Below are positions 1 through 9,959 of a stretch of 32,000 nt of DNA, in pieces. The notes beneath the pieces are model-generated. The model saw only the letters and a program-made list of their open reading frames with translations. It ran no database searches and was not told the origin of the DNA. The DNA comes from Acaryochloris marina MBIC11017. Lineage in GTDB: Bacteria; Cyanobacteriota; Cyanobacteriia; Thermosynechococcales; Thermosynechococcaceae. Position numbers and translations under genes: made by a program. Position 1 is the first letter of the stretch. The number at the start of each line of letters is the position of its first letter. The stretch lies in NCBI RefSeq assembly GCF_000018105.1, contig NC_009925.1, positions 990,001 through 1,022,000 of the forward strand. The letters are read 5' to 3'.

Positions 1-133
1 GTCAGCAGAGGCAGGTACCTGGGATGGATCCGAATTAGCCATAGTAGTCGAGAGAAGATGGAGTACAAATTTGAGGTAAAGAAACACTGATCATGGTACC
101 GCTTGATCGTGGATCTTCGCCTAAGTGGCCACT

Positions 134-604
134 TTATAGGAGCTTGCGAATACGCCGAATATTGATGGCTCGACTGGAAATCGTGGCGGAGCGATCTGAC
201 AGAAGGACATAAACTCCCCCTGCAAACTGTCCAGCTAAGCCAGAACGAAAATAGCTTAAGTATTCTCCCTCTGGCTCGGGGTCTGCAGTGTTGTCGGTAA
301 TTTCATCCTCCAGCTCTTCTGGCTCAAATCCTATTTCTGCCAGCTTTTGGTTTAAGCGTGTTTGAAATCGGTTGCGATTTTCAAATGTGATGGCCATCGT
401 TACATTGCGGTTGACAACGGTGCCAATTATTCCGGCCACCAAACCTGCCAGAGTGCTGTATTGACGTAGTTCAGGAGATGCAAAGGTAAAGGCAGCAGAC
501 CGAGACCCTACAAACATCACAATGATGACTGTCATGCTGAAGTAATACAGGAAAGTTAATCCGATACCGGGTCCAGTTAGCTGTGTATCCTCTTGTTGAG
601 CCAT
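134..604 (-). CDS. hypothetical membrane protein
   Basis: 156-aa ORF with hydrophobic stretches (GIGLTFLYYFSMTVIIVMFVG, LAGLVAGIIGTVV) and an acidic middle segment. No family recognised by eye. Confidence 0.45.
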   Translation of the reverse strand: MAQQEDTQLTGPGIGLTFLYYFSMTVIIVMFVGSRSAAFTFASPELRQYSTLAGLVAGIIGTVVNRNVTMAITFENRNRFQTRLNQKLAEIGFEPEELEDEITDNTADPEPEGEYLSYFRSGLAGQFAGGVYVLLSDRSATISSRAINIRRIRKLL

Positions 605-809
605 AGGGGGCTATTACTGATAGATGTGTGGGGAACAGTTCTGCCTTCAATGGCTACAACTGTGGCTTTGAAGACGAGTATTGCTGAGGCAAGGACGATC
701 TTGCAACACAATCCTATCCTTGAGATCTCCAATGCACAAGCAATTACAGTATTACGAGGACAGCGTTTAGATCCTCTATTAACAGAGAATGTGGGTAAAT
801 CTTAGTGGT

Positions 810-1595
810 TTACTTGATCTCACAGAAGTAATACAACCACATCTCTAAGATTGCTGGTAAGTCTTCATGACTGATCTCAATGCCTCTTTGCCATGAGTAG
901 ACTTTTATATTTTTAAATCCTGATTCAAGTTGATCAAGCTGTTCTTGGGGGCGAATATGATAGGTGCGCAAGCGAAAATTGTGGGGTTCGTCTCGGATCA
1001 TGGCATGGGCCGAAGATTGGAGTTGTTTTAGGGAATAAGAGCGGTTAAAAAGTCTATATAATGCCCAAATGACGAGTTCTGTGTAGGTGTTGACGGGGTT
1101 GTAGCTGAGGTGCGATCGCCAATTAAATACCTGCTCCATCCCTTGAAGATTGTGGGTGGAAAAGCAGAAATAGCTGCCTGGTTTACCGACCCGCTGGATT
1201 TCTTGCAAGACCTGGATGCGATCGCAATGCTCAATATAGTCAATCCCATTGAAACTGAACAGAATAAAGTCAAAGGTGTTATCCGCAAAACAACTCATAT
1301 CCCGTGCATCGCATACCGCAAAGGAGTCGGGATCTATAGAATTTGCAAAGCGCTTTTGACAAGCACTGATCATCCCGGCTGAGTAGTCGATACCCCGATA
1401 ATTTGCAGCTAGCTTGGCAAAATGTTGGGTGGTTCGCCCTCCACCGACGCCCATATCCAGCATGCTCATGGTGGACAACTGATCTTTGAGTTGGCTCAGT
1501 ATGGCTGATTCAGCAGGTTGTAGCTGCTGGAGTTGAGTATAGTGCTGGATGATTCCACGGGACTCATAGGTCTTGAGATTCTGAAAATTAATCAT
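810..1595 (-). CDS. class I SAM-dependent methyltransferase
   Basis: 261-aa ORF. Glycine-rich SAM-binding motif I LDMGVGGGRTT, followed by an acidic loop (GIDYS) and FDFILFSFNG (motif II/III-like). Confidence 0.75.
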   Translation of the reverse strand: MINFQNLKTYESRGIIQHYTQLQQLQPAESAILSQLKDQLSTMSMLDMGVGGGRTTQHFAKLAANYRGIDYSAGMISACQKRFANSIDPDSFAVCDARDMSCFADNTFDFILFSFNGIDYIEHCDRIQVLQEIQRVGKPGSYFCFSTHNLQGMEQVFNWRSHLSYNPVNTYTELVIWALYRLFNRSYSLKQLQSSAHAMIRDEPHNFRLRTYHIRPQEQLDQLESGFKNIKVYSWQRGIEISHEDLPAILEMWLYYFCEIK

Positions 1596-1752
1596 TATTT
1601 AGATTCAACCCAGTTTCAAACCAAGGCTGAAGTATTCTAGCTGACAGTGTCCAGCCGCCCCAGTTTGCCCCATCCCTCTCCAGGCTCTGCCAAGACTCTA
1701 ATTGAAAGCGTTTATCCTTGCTTTGCTAGTCCAAGCCAAAACTCAACCGATA

Positions 1753-2772
1753 TTACTGAAGACTATAGGAGAAAGTCACTTTTCTGCGTATTACTCCCAA
1801 TCGTGATCGAAAGCGATTCTCCACTTGAATCGACGATGTATAAAAGACACTGCCACAGCAGGCTACAAAATAATTAATCCACAAATATAAGTTAAAAATA
1901 TTCGCGAGGGCAGCTAAGTAAAGATATCTTTTGCCAATATTAATGGCATCCACTCTGTCAATTTCATGTCCATGACACATCAACCGCCTGCCAATTTCAA
2001 ATAAATACAGAGATTTATGCTTGTTATCTAACGTGCTCGGCTGCCGATAAAATTCTTTGATCCCTTGGTGGTGTTTATCCAAAAAAACTAGATGCCCCTC
2101 AGTTACCATGGCATGGTTAGTTGAGCCCCTTGCATCTTCATCGTGATCACGATAAAGGGTTAACGGTTCAGGAATCACTTCAAACCGATAATTTTTAGAA
2201 ATCTGTAACCACATATCCCAATCTCCACAACACCGAAGATTAGTGTCGAACTGCAGACCTGGCTCAATACATTCTTGCTTAATCATGACCGTTGACGGTG
2301 TGCCAATGAGATTCTTATAGATTAGATAATCCTTAACATCCCCATGAATGTTGGGTTTCCGCATCCGGACGACCTTTCCTTGATCGTTAATCACCTGTAG
2401 CCAGGAGTAAACAACACCCACTTCATCTGGGGCAGATCTAAACACCCCAAGCTGCTTCTCTAACTTATTAGGCAACCATTCATCATCAGAATCCAAAAAA
2501 GCAATGTACTGGCCTTGGGCTGCACCTAAGCCTGTATTTCGGGTACCACACTCACCAAGATTTTTTTCCTGCAAAATGTAGCGAAGTCGTGAATCGTCAA
2601 TACCAGCAACTTTTTGCTGAGTGTCATCCGTTGACGCATCATCGACCACTATCAACTCAAAATCTTCGATAGTTTGATTCAATACGCTTTGAATAGCAGG
2701 TATCAGTAGGTTAGCTCGATTAAAAGTGGGGATGATAACGCTAACAAGAGGTTTAGAGTTTTTCATAATCAC
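1753..2772 (-). CDS. glycosyltransferase family 2 (GT-A fold)
   Basis: N-terminal VSVIIPTFNR, DDASTDDT and a DxD-type FLDSDDEW motif. GTG at 2772 and ATG at 2766 are both possible starts. Confidence 0.85.
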   Translation of the reverse strand: MIMKNSKPLVSVIIPTFNRANLLIPAIQSVLNQTIEDFELIVVDDASTDDTQQKVAGIDDSRLRYILQEKNLGECGTRNTGLGAAQGQYIAFLDSDDEWLPNKLEKQLGVFRSAPDEVGVVYSWLQVINDQGKVVRMRKPNIHGDVKDYLIYKNLIGTPSTVMIKQECIEPGLQFDTNLRCCGDWDMWLQISKNYRFEVIPEPLTLYRDHDEDARGSTNHAMVTEGHLVFLDKHHQGIKEFYRQPSTLDNKHKSLYLFEIGRRLMCHGHEIDRVDAINIGKRYLYLAALANIFNLYLWINYFVACCGSVFYTSSIQVENRFRSRLGVIRRKVTFSYSLQ

Positions 2773-2804
2773 AGTTTACCCCCACACAAAACATATAAAA
2801 ATCA

Positions 2805-3929
2805 TCAAGCAGCCGTTTTGAGCGTGTTGATTAAATCCAGATATTGGTTGGTTGAAGCTTCTATGGAAAACTGATGTAACCATTCAGACACATCGCTTTG
2901 AGACTGCTGTCCAAGAACATCACCAATGGCTGCTGCCAAAGCTACATCATCACCCACAGGGGTCAATGCCCCATATTTCCCCCCTTGTAAAATTTCCCTA
3001 GGGCCACTGGGACAATCCGTCGAAACGACGGGCTTCCCTAAGGCCAAAGCCTCAATTAAAACCGTGGGTAGTCCTTCCCATGCGGATGACAAAGTGAATA
3101 CCTGAGCACGAGCCATATAGGGGTAAGGATTATCCACATACCCCATTAAGTCAACATCGTCTTGGACACCCATTTCGGCTGTAAATTCTTTTAGTTTTTC
3201 TAAATCGGGTCCCCATCCCAAAATGACCAATCGACAGGAGAGTTGTTTGCGGACCCTAGCAAAGGCTCGGATTAATGTGGGGAAATCCTTCTGGGGTTCG
3301 AGTTTTCCTACCCCAATAATGACCGGTGGTTCTCCAGGTTGGAACCAGGGATGATCAATATCAGCATTGGCTTTGGAAAAAAGGTCAGGGGCAATGACTG
3401 GATTATAAATCGTTGTAATTTTATCTGGAGATATACTGCTGATTTCTGTTAGGGAGGCAGTTGCTCCTTGGGATACGGTGACGACACGATCTGCCCAGGG
3501 ATATAACAAGCGAATGGCAAAAGGAATGATCCTTTTCTTGCGGTTCTTATTGTGCCTGAGGGAGTGGGTGAGCGTGTTGTGTTCTGTCGCGATGACAACA
3601 GTGTTTGTCTTGACGAGCCGTTTTGCTAGAATCGCCACTTCGTTCGCAAAGTGCATGCCAGAAATTAAAGCTTGGGGTTCTTTGTGCTTGAGGTACTGGG
3701 CTAGCTTTCTGATACTGGCAAAACTGCCAGCAGCCTTCAAATCAACCACCGTTATTTCAGACGGGATTTTTTTGAGATGGGGCCCCCAAGCTTGCCCTAG
3801 AACAAAGTCAACCTGATACCCACTTTTAACAAATCCATTGGCTAGATTGATGAGTACTCGCTCGGCTCCGCCGCCGCCGAAATAAGTTAGGAAGAACGAA
3901 ATCGTTGTGGATGGATGGGACACTTGCAA
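2805..3929 (-). CDS. glycosyltransferase family 4-like (GT-B fold)
   Basis: 374 aa. N-terminal GGGGAERV glycine loop and the C-terminal EGLPTVLIEALALGKPVVSTD (E-x7-E region) typical of GT4/GT1 retaining transferases. The start codon is TTG. Confidence 0.85.
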   Translation of the reverse strand: MQVSHPSTTISFFLTYFGGGGAERVLINLANGFVKSGYQVDFVLGQAWGPHLKKIPSEITVVDLKAAGSFASIRKLAQYLKHKEPQALISGMHFANEVAILAKRLVKTNTVVIATEHNTLTHSLRHNKNRKKRIIPFAIRLLYPWADRVVTVSQGATASLTEISSISPDKITTIYNPVIAPDLFSKANADIDHPWFQPGEPPVIIGVGKLEPQKDFPTLIRAFARVRKQLSCRLVILGWGPDLEKLKEFTAEMGVQDDVDLMGYVDNPYPYMARAQVFTLSSAWEGLPTVLIEALALGKPVVSTDCPSGPREILQGGKYGALTPVGDDVALAAAIGDVLGQQSQSDVSEWLHQFSIEASTNQYLDLINTLKTAA

Positions 3930-4096
3930 GCTACTCCAGGCGATATACCTGTATCATTAAACACATCCGCAATTTGTAATGTGATCTTCCACACAGCAAG
4001 CGGATTTTGTGGTTCGTTTAAGCATTTGTATCCCCTTATAAAATTGACTGGGGACAGTTAATATTCAGTGATTACTTTAAATGCAATAACAAAACA

Positions 4097-5371
4097 ATGC
4101 AGAGCAGCCAACAGGCGTTAGGCATACCCCATGAATCCGAGAAAACTACTCTACATTTGCTAGTTTTCGATCTATCCATTCGGGGGCACCATCCTAACTA
4201 CATTCGCCATCTCATTCGGTATTGGCATACTCAAACGCACTTTCAGATTCTGTCGATTGTGGTGTCGCCTCACTTTTTGACCGAACATGCTGATGTTGTT
4301 GAATTCGCAGAACAACAATCCAACCCGAATATTCAGTTTATCGCCATTACCGATCAACAGGAATCTGCCCTTAAATCGCGAAAAAAAGCCATAGACCGTA
4401 ACCTCCGCAACCTGCAAGAATGGCGATTGTTTTGTGACTATGCGGGTCAGCTTCAGGTGGACCATGGCCTAATCATGTATTTGGATACGTATTTCTTGTC
4501 GATCGCTTGGTGGCTGCAACCGCCCTGTGCTTTTTCAGGGATTTATTTTCGACCGACGCTACACTATCGTCAACTCGGTGTTCAGCCTGTATTGAACTGG
4601 CGGCAAAAATTGAATCAAGGGCGAGAGAATTTAACCTTAAACAAGGTTTTGCAGAATTCACAGTTGGCCACTTTACTCTGCTTAGACCCGCTAGCTGTGC
4701 CGGCTTTGCAGCAGCGACCGAGTCAGGCTAAAGTGATCCACTTGCCAGATCCGGTAGAGTTTGTACCACCACCTGCTGCAGCCTGTACTTTAAGGGATGA
4801 TTTGGGGATTGAAGCGGAGAGAACCATATTTCTATTATTTGGAGCGATTGATGGTCGCAAAGGGATTCATCAAGTTCTAGATGCGATTCAACGGTTATCC
4901 CCCGACTGGGGGAAACGACTTTGTCTTGTGCTGGTTGGTGAGTCCAAAATTCAGAAAGAGTTAGAAACACGCATCACCCAAATTACGGCTTCCCAGCCGG
5001 TTCAAATTATTCGGAATTATCAGTTCGTTTCGGAAGAAGAAGTATGGGCTTATTTCCGAATGTCAGATGTCATTCTGGCGACCTATCAAAAGCATGTGGG
5101 GATGAGTGGTATTTTGTTGCTGGCTGCAGCGACACAGAAGCCCGTGCTCAGTACCGACTTTGGTTTGATGGGGGCCATGGTAAAACAGCATCAGTTAGGA
5201 CTGTCGATAGATTCCACCCAGCCGGAACAAATTAGTGAAGGCATGATGAAATTAATAGGTGCATCCAGGAATGATTTCTACAATCCCGAGAAGATGCGAT
5301 TATGGGCAAACCAAAACTCTGCTAAAAACTTTGCTCAGACTATTTTTGCCGGAATAACCAACAACGATTGA
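4097..5371 (+). CDS. putative GT-B-type glycosyltransferase (divergent)
   Basis: 424 aa. The C-terminal half resembles a GT-B donor domain (FLLFGAIDGRKGI..LVLVGE..GILLLAAATQKPVLSTDFG), but the canonical glutamates are not obvious. Divergently arranged from the GT4 gene. Confidence 0.5.
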   Translation: MQSSQQALGIPHESEKTTLHLLVFDLSIRGHHPNYIRHLIRYWHTQTHFQILSIVVSPHFLTEHADVVEFAEQQSNPNIQFIAITDQQESALKSRKKAIDRNLRNLQEWRLFCDYAGQLQVDHGLIMYLDTYFLSIAWWLQPPCAFSGIYFRPTLHYRQLGVQPVLNWRQKLNQGRENLTLNKVLQNSQLATLLCLDPLAVPALQQRPSQAKVIHLPDPVEFVPPPAAACTLRDDLGIEAERTIFLLFGAIDGRKGIHQVLDAIQRLSPDWGKRLCLVLVGESKIQKELETRITQITASQPVQIIRNYQFVSEEEVWAYFRMSDVILATYQKHVGMSGILLLAAATQKPVLSTDFGLMGAMVKQHQLGLSIDSTQPEQISEGMMKLIGASRNDFYNPEKMRLWANQNSAKNFAQTIFAGITNND

Positions 5372-5407
5372 CCGTTGATTTGTCCCATAGAGTAGATAAA
5401 TAATTCG

Positions 5408-7342
5408 ATGCCTGTCATTTTTTTGATCTCTGCCTTTATCCTGCTGTATCTCATATATCGTCGAGATCATGATTGGCGCACAGCTGTTCTATTGTCAGCG
5501 GTGTCTTGGGCGGTGATCGCCACGGTGATTGCCGAATTTTTGAGCTTATTCTCTGCCCTAGCCTTAGAAGGATTATTGATTGCCTGGATTGCGATCAACC
5601 TAGGGCTAGGCTTCTGGTTTGTTCGCCAGTCCCACAAGGCTAGTCTCCAATCTCAGCCAGAAGCCAGTAATCCATCCTTCACTCGCTTTCAGAAAATTCT
5701 TCTGATCGGTGTACTGGGTATCGTTTTGGGAACGGGACTCACGGCTCTTTTATCCCCTCCAAATAATTGGGACTCCATGACTTACCATCTAGGCCGAGTC
5801 ATTCATTGGACGCAAGATCAAAGTGTCGGCCATTATCCAACCCATATTCCCAGGCAACTTTACTCAGGACCTGGTCCTGCGTTTGCAGTTGTTCAGCTGT
5901 TTATTTTGACAGGAGATTGGTTCCTCAATTTGGTGCAATGGTTGAGTATGGTGTTCAGTCTATTGGGAGTATCACTCATTACAGAACGGTTGGGGGGGAA
6001 TTTGCGATCGCAACTCATTGCCGTTGTCATCAGTGCCACCATCCCCATGGGGATCTTGCAGTCCTCCAGCACCCAAACGGACTATGTGGTTTCTCTCTGG
6101 CTTGTATGCTTTGTCTATTTCTCCCTGGCTACGATTCAAAATCGGATTGGTTGGACCTATGTTCCAGCCTTGGGAGCAAGCTTGGGCTTAGCCATCCTGA
6201 CGAAACCCACAGCCTATTTATATGGGTTCCCTTTCGCCCTATGGCTGTTGTTTGTCGGAGTCCGGTATCTGCGCTGGAAAGTGTGGCAGCCGTTAGGGGT
6301 GTCCTGCGGCATTATTGTGTTGATGAATTTAGGACAATATTCCCGCAATCTCAAAGTCTTTGATTCCTTGTTTGGGCCAACCGGGCAAGACAGCGGTTCT
6401 TATAGTTTGTCTGTGCTGATTTCCAATATTCTGCGAAATTTGGCCCTCCACCTCAGCACGCCAGTTCGCTCCATCAACCTGATCACCATTCGGATTGTGA
6501 CGGCGCTTCATCAAGTCATCGGCTTAGACCCGAGCGATCCCAGTATTACCTCACCCCCAGGCCAAAAGTTTGATATGCACAGCCTGGTCAACCATGAAGA
6601 CTTGGCGGGTAACCCCCAGCATTTGCTGTTAATTCTCCTTTGCATTGTTGTGTTTGTGCTGTTTAGAAAGCGTCTGAAGACCCGCGATCAGCGCCTCTGG
6701 AGCACCTATTTACTCTGCTGTTTGGTGGGCTTTTTGCTCTTTTGTTTTCTCGTGATTTGGTCCCCTTGGCGCAGTCGGCTTCACCTACCTGTGTTTATAT
6801 TGCTATCTCCTTGGGTGGGCATGGCCCTGTCGGAACTCTTTAAGCAGCCCATTGCTAACGCCATTACTGCTGGTTTTCTCGCTATTTCCTTCTTTTGGGT
6901 CCTTTGCAATGAAACCCGCCCTCTGGTCATCAACACCAAATTTGTGGAAGAGCGCAGTATAGAAACCATCTTTAACCAATCCAGAACCGACCGTTACTTT
7001 AGCAGTCGGCCCAAACTCGCCAAACCCTTCATTGCCACCATCGACCATTTAGCGGGTCAGTCTTGTAACGAGATTGGTTTGATTATTACGGGAGATACGT
7101 GGGAATATCCCCTGTGGAAGCTGGGTCGAGAACAATCCAAGCGCCCCCTTCGGTTTGAACACCTGCAGGTGGAGAATCCTTCTTCAACCCTAGCTTCACA
7201 GCCCCCCCATCAGGATTTTCAAGCCTGTATGGTATTGACGGATAAACCGGGCTATCTGGAGCAAACAGAACTTCAGCTTGGTGATCAGCGTTACCGACAA
7301 ACCTGGGAACAAGGAGACATAAAAATATATAGCAGGAGCTAG
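5408..7342 (+). CDS. polytopic membrane protein, GT-C fold (ArnT/PMT, GT39-like) glycosyltransferase candidate
   Basis: 644 aa with many hydrophobic helices. An early loop motif NNWDSMTYHLGRV resembles the Asp-containing first-loop motif of GT-C enzymes. The C-terminal ~150 aa are soluble. Confidence 0.6.
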   Translation: MPVIFLISAFILLYLIYRRDHDWRTAVLLSAVSWAVIATVIAEFLSLFSALALEGLLIAWIAINLGLGFWFVRQSHKASLQSQPEASNPSFTRFQKILLIGVLGIVLGTGLTALLSPPNNWDSMTYHLGRVIHWTQDQSVGHYPTHIPRQLYSGPGPAFAVVQLFILTGDWFLNLVQWLSMVFSLLGVSLITERLGGNLRSQLIAVVISATIPMGILQSSSTQTDYVVSLWLVCFVYFSLATIQNRIGWTYVPALGASLGLAILTKPTAYLYGFPFALWLLFVGVRYLRWKVWQPLGVSCGIIVLMNLGQYSRNLKVFDSLFGPTGQDSGSYSLSVLISNILRNLALHLSTPVRSINLITIRIVTALHQVIGLDPSDPSITSPPGQKFDMHSLVNHEDLAGNPQHLLLILLCIVVFVLFRKRLKTRDQRLWSTYLLCCLVGFLLFCFLVIWSPWRSRLHLPVFILLSPWVGMALSELFKQPIANAITAGFLAISFFWVLCNETRPLVINTKFVEERSIETIFNQSRTDRYFSSRPKLAKPFIATIDHLAGQSCNEIGLIITGDTWEYPLWKLGREQSKRPLRFEHLQVENPSSTLASQPPHQDFQACMVLTDKPGYLEQTELQLGDQRYRQTWEQGDIKIYSRS

Positions 7343-7412
7343 ATTTAGCAAACTGCATGCCAGAATAAGCACAGAGTTTAATTGCCAAGCACAGCCTACA
7401 TTTAGCTGATTT

Positions 7413-8363
7413 ATGACAAAACTCATCATCCAAATTCCTTGTTTTAACGAAGAAGAAACCCTTGGCATTACCCTCAATGAGCTGCCGAAAGAATTGCCTG
7501 GTGTCGATTGTGTGGAATGGCTAATTATCAACGATGGCAGTATCGACAACACGATAGAAGTGGCCCGAGCCCACGGTGTGCACCATGTGGTTGATCTAGA
7601 ACATAATCAGGGCTTGGCAAAAGCTTTTATGGCCGGGATTGAAGCCTGTTTAAAGGCTGGTGCCGACATCATTGTGAATACCGATGCCGATAATCAATAT
7701 TGCGCAGATGATATTCCCAAATTGATTACCCCCATCCTGGCGGGGCAAGCAGAGGTGGTGGTTGGGGCTCGGCCCATTCAAAAAATCAAGCATTTTTCCC
7801 CGGCCAAGAAATTCCTGCAAAAACTGGGCAGTTGGGTGGTGCGAATTGCCAGTGGCACCAATATTTCTGATGCCCCCAGCGGGTTTCGAGCCTTTAGCCG
7901 CAACGCCGCCCTGCGGATGAATGTGTTCAACGAATATACCTATACCCTGGAGACCATCATTCAGGCGGGACAACATGGCATGGTGATTACCTCCGTGCCC
8001 ATTCGCACGAATGATTATCTGCGCCCCTCCCGTTTGGTCAAGAGTATCGCCTCCTATATTCAGCGATCCATTCTTACTATCCTGCGAATTTTCATGGCCT
8101 ATCGGCCCTTGAAGTTCTTTACGTTCCTCGGCAGCATTCCGTCGGTTTTTGGTTTACTCCTGTGGCTGCGCTGGCTGATCCTGTATTTCCAAGATCCGAC
8201 CCGGGCTCGGGCACCGAGTCTAATTATTTCGGCGGTGCTGATTTTGATTGGCTTCCAGCTCTATATGTTTGGCTTGCTAGCTGATTTATTAACGGTCAAT
8301 CGTAAACTGTTGGAAGATATCCAGCTACGGCAACGCCGAGCTGACTTGGAGTCCCATAACTAA
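7413..8363 (+). CDS. GT2 polyprenyl-phosphate glycosyltransferase (ArnC/DPM1/GtrB-like)
   Basis: 316 aa. Motifs IQIPCFNEEETL, INDGSIDNT and NTDADNQY, plus two C-terminal transmembrane helices. This is the typical ArnC/GtrB architecture. Confidence 0.8.
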   Translation: MTKLIIQIPCFNEEETLGITLNELPKELPGVDCVEWLIINDGSIDNTIEVARAHGVHHVVDLEHNQGLAKAFMAGIEACLKAGADIIVNTDADNQYCADDIPKLITPILAGQAEVVVGARPIQKIKHFSPAKKFLQKLGSWVVRIASGTNISDAPSGFRAFSRNAALRMNVFNEYTYTLETIIQAGQHGMVITSVPIRTNDYLRPSRLVKSIASYIQRSILTILRIFMAYRPLKFFTFLGSIPSVFGLLLWLRWLILYFQDPTRARAPSLIISAVLILIGFQLYMFGLLADLLTVNRKLLEDIQLRQRRADLESHN

Positions 8364-8365
8364 GG

Positions 8366-9958
8366 ATGAATAAAGATCTTTTTGCCCAGATTGCCTTAGA
8401 CCAAATTCCCAAGATCTTGACTTTGCAGGATCGAAATCCCCATAGTCCCCACTATGGCTGTTTTGATCGCAACTATTGGCAATACAAAATCATTGATTTC
8501 CCCAGCGGCATGTCCCAGGAGTTTGTCTGGCCCCTGGCGTTGGTCTATGCCCACCAATTGCCCAACAATCAATATTATCAGCAGGAATCGATTCGGATTT
8601 GGGTTGAAGCGGGGATTCTATTTGCAGCGCGTAGCGCCCATAAAGATGGCTCCTGTGATGATTATTTCCCGTTTGAGCGGGCAGGAGGAGCCGCCGCCTT
8701 TTCTCTGTTGGCCTGTGTGGAAAGCTATACCTTATTGGGATTACAAAATGAAGAGGCTCTGCGCTTCTTTGAACTGCGGGCAGACTGGTTGGCCCACCAC
8801 CATGAAAGCGGTCGCTTGACCAATCACCAGGCACTGATTGTCCTTTGTCTAGAAAAGGTGTCTCGGCTACTAAAGACCTCTAAATGGGATCAGGCGAAGG
8901 CAGAACGCCTGAATCGCGTATTTGAATGGCAAAATCCTGAGGGCTGGTTTCAAGAATATGAAGGATGCGATCCGGGCTATCACACCTTAACGATTTCTTG
9001 TCTGGCCAGAATCTATGAACTCAACCCAACGGATCAGTTGCAAACGGCTCTGAAAAAAGCAGTGGCCTTGGCAGCAGAGTTTGTCCATCCCGACGGCTCC
9101 TATGGGGGCGAATATACCAGCCGCAATACCTACAATTTTTTCCCCCACGGGTTTGAACTGGTGGGCAAATGGTGGCCGGAAGCCCTCAATATCAATGACC
9201 GAATCTTGGCTGGATTGGCTAACGGCCTGGGGTCCTGCTATGCCGACGACCATATTGTCGGCCATCACACCTGGAACTATCTATTGGCCTGGCAGGATTA
9301 TGTCCCGGCCCGTCCACCCCAAAAGCCTCGCCCCCAGGGACGGTTTTGGCTGCCGGAAGCCCGAGTGCTGATTGATCGGCGAGGGGATACGGAGCTATAT
9401 CTAGCCCTGAATAAAGGTGGGGTGTTTAAGTTCTTCCGCCAGGGGCAGCTTGTGGCCTCGGATACGCACCTATCTTTGCAAGTAAAAGCGGGAGGCAAAG
9501 TTAAAAATGCAGTCGGCCATTTAGTGGGAGACTACCCCAGCACCCTTCAGGAAGATCAAATCACGGTGCAAGGGGCTTTGGGCTGGGCCAAACAGAAACA
9601 AATGACGCCCCTGAATTTGATGATTTTACGGGTGGTGATGCTGACGGTGGGCCGATTTTTCCCCAATTTGATCCGCTCGCTACTGCAAAAAATGCTGATT
9701 ACGGGCAAAAACAGCACTGATTTTCAGTTCAAGCGTAACTTTAGCTGGCACGGGGAGCACTGGGTGGTGACCGATGAGTTGCAGTCCCCATCTTGGCAGA
9801 ATGTGCTGTCGATGGGCATGGGGGGCGATCAAACCTCCATTTATGTGGTGATGAGTCGGACCTTTCAGGTGGGACAGTTACAGCCCTGGCAAGATCTGAC
9901 TCAGCATGTCCGATCCTTAGGGGCAGGAGAATCTTTTAAACTGGAGCGCAAACTTTGA
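8366..9958 (+). CDS. hypothetical soluble protein, function unknown
   Basis: 530-aa ORF. It starts 2 nt after the GT2 stop codon (taa 8361-8363, atg 8366), and its stop codon lies 1 nt before the next start. No motif recognised by eye. Confidence 0.6.
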   Translation: MNKDLFAQIALDQIPKILTLQDRNPHSPHYGCFDRNYWQYKIIDFPSGMSQEFVWPLALVYAHQLPNNQYYQQESIRIWVEAGILFAARSAHKDGSCDDYFPFERAGGAAAFSLLACVESYTLLGLQNEEALRFFELRADWLAHHHESGRLTNHQALIVLCLEKVSRLLKTSKWDQAKAERLNRVFEWQNPEGWFQEYEGCDPGYHTLTISCLARIYELNPTDQLQTALKKAVALAAEFVHPDGSYGGEYTSRNTYNFFPHGFELVGKWWPEALNINDRILAGLANGLGSCYADDHIVGHHTWNYLLAWQDYVPARPPQKPRPQGRFWLPEARVLIDRRGDTELYLALNKGGVFKFFRQGQLVASDTHLSLQVKAGGKVKNAVGHLVGDYPSTLQEDQITVQGALGWAKQKQMTPLNLMILRVVMLTVGRFFPNLIRSLLQKMLITGKNSTDFQFKRNFSWHGEHWVVTDELQSPSWQNVLSMGMGGDQTSIYVVMSRTFQVGQLQPWQDLTQHVRSLGAGESFKLERKL

Positions 9959-9959
9959 T

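Noticed and set aside
1-42. Possible start of a minus-strand gene leaving the window (ATG at 42-40, reading MANSDPSQVPASAD).
   Set aside because: Only 14 codons are visible and there is no clear RBS, so it cannot be supported from this window.
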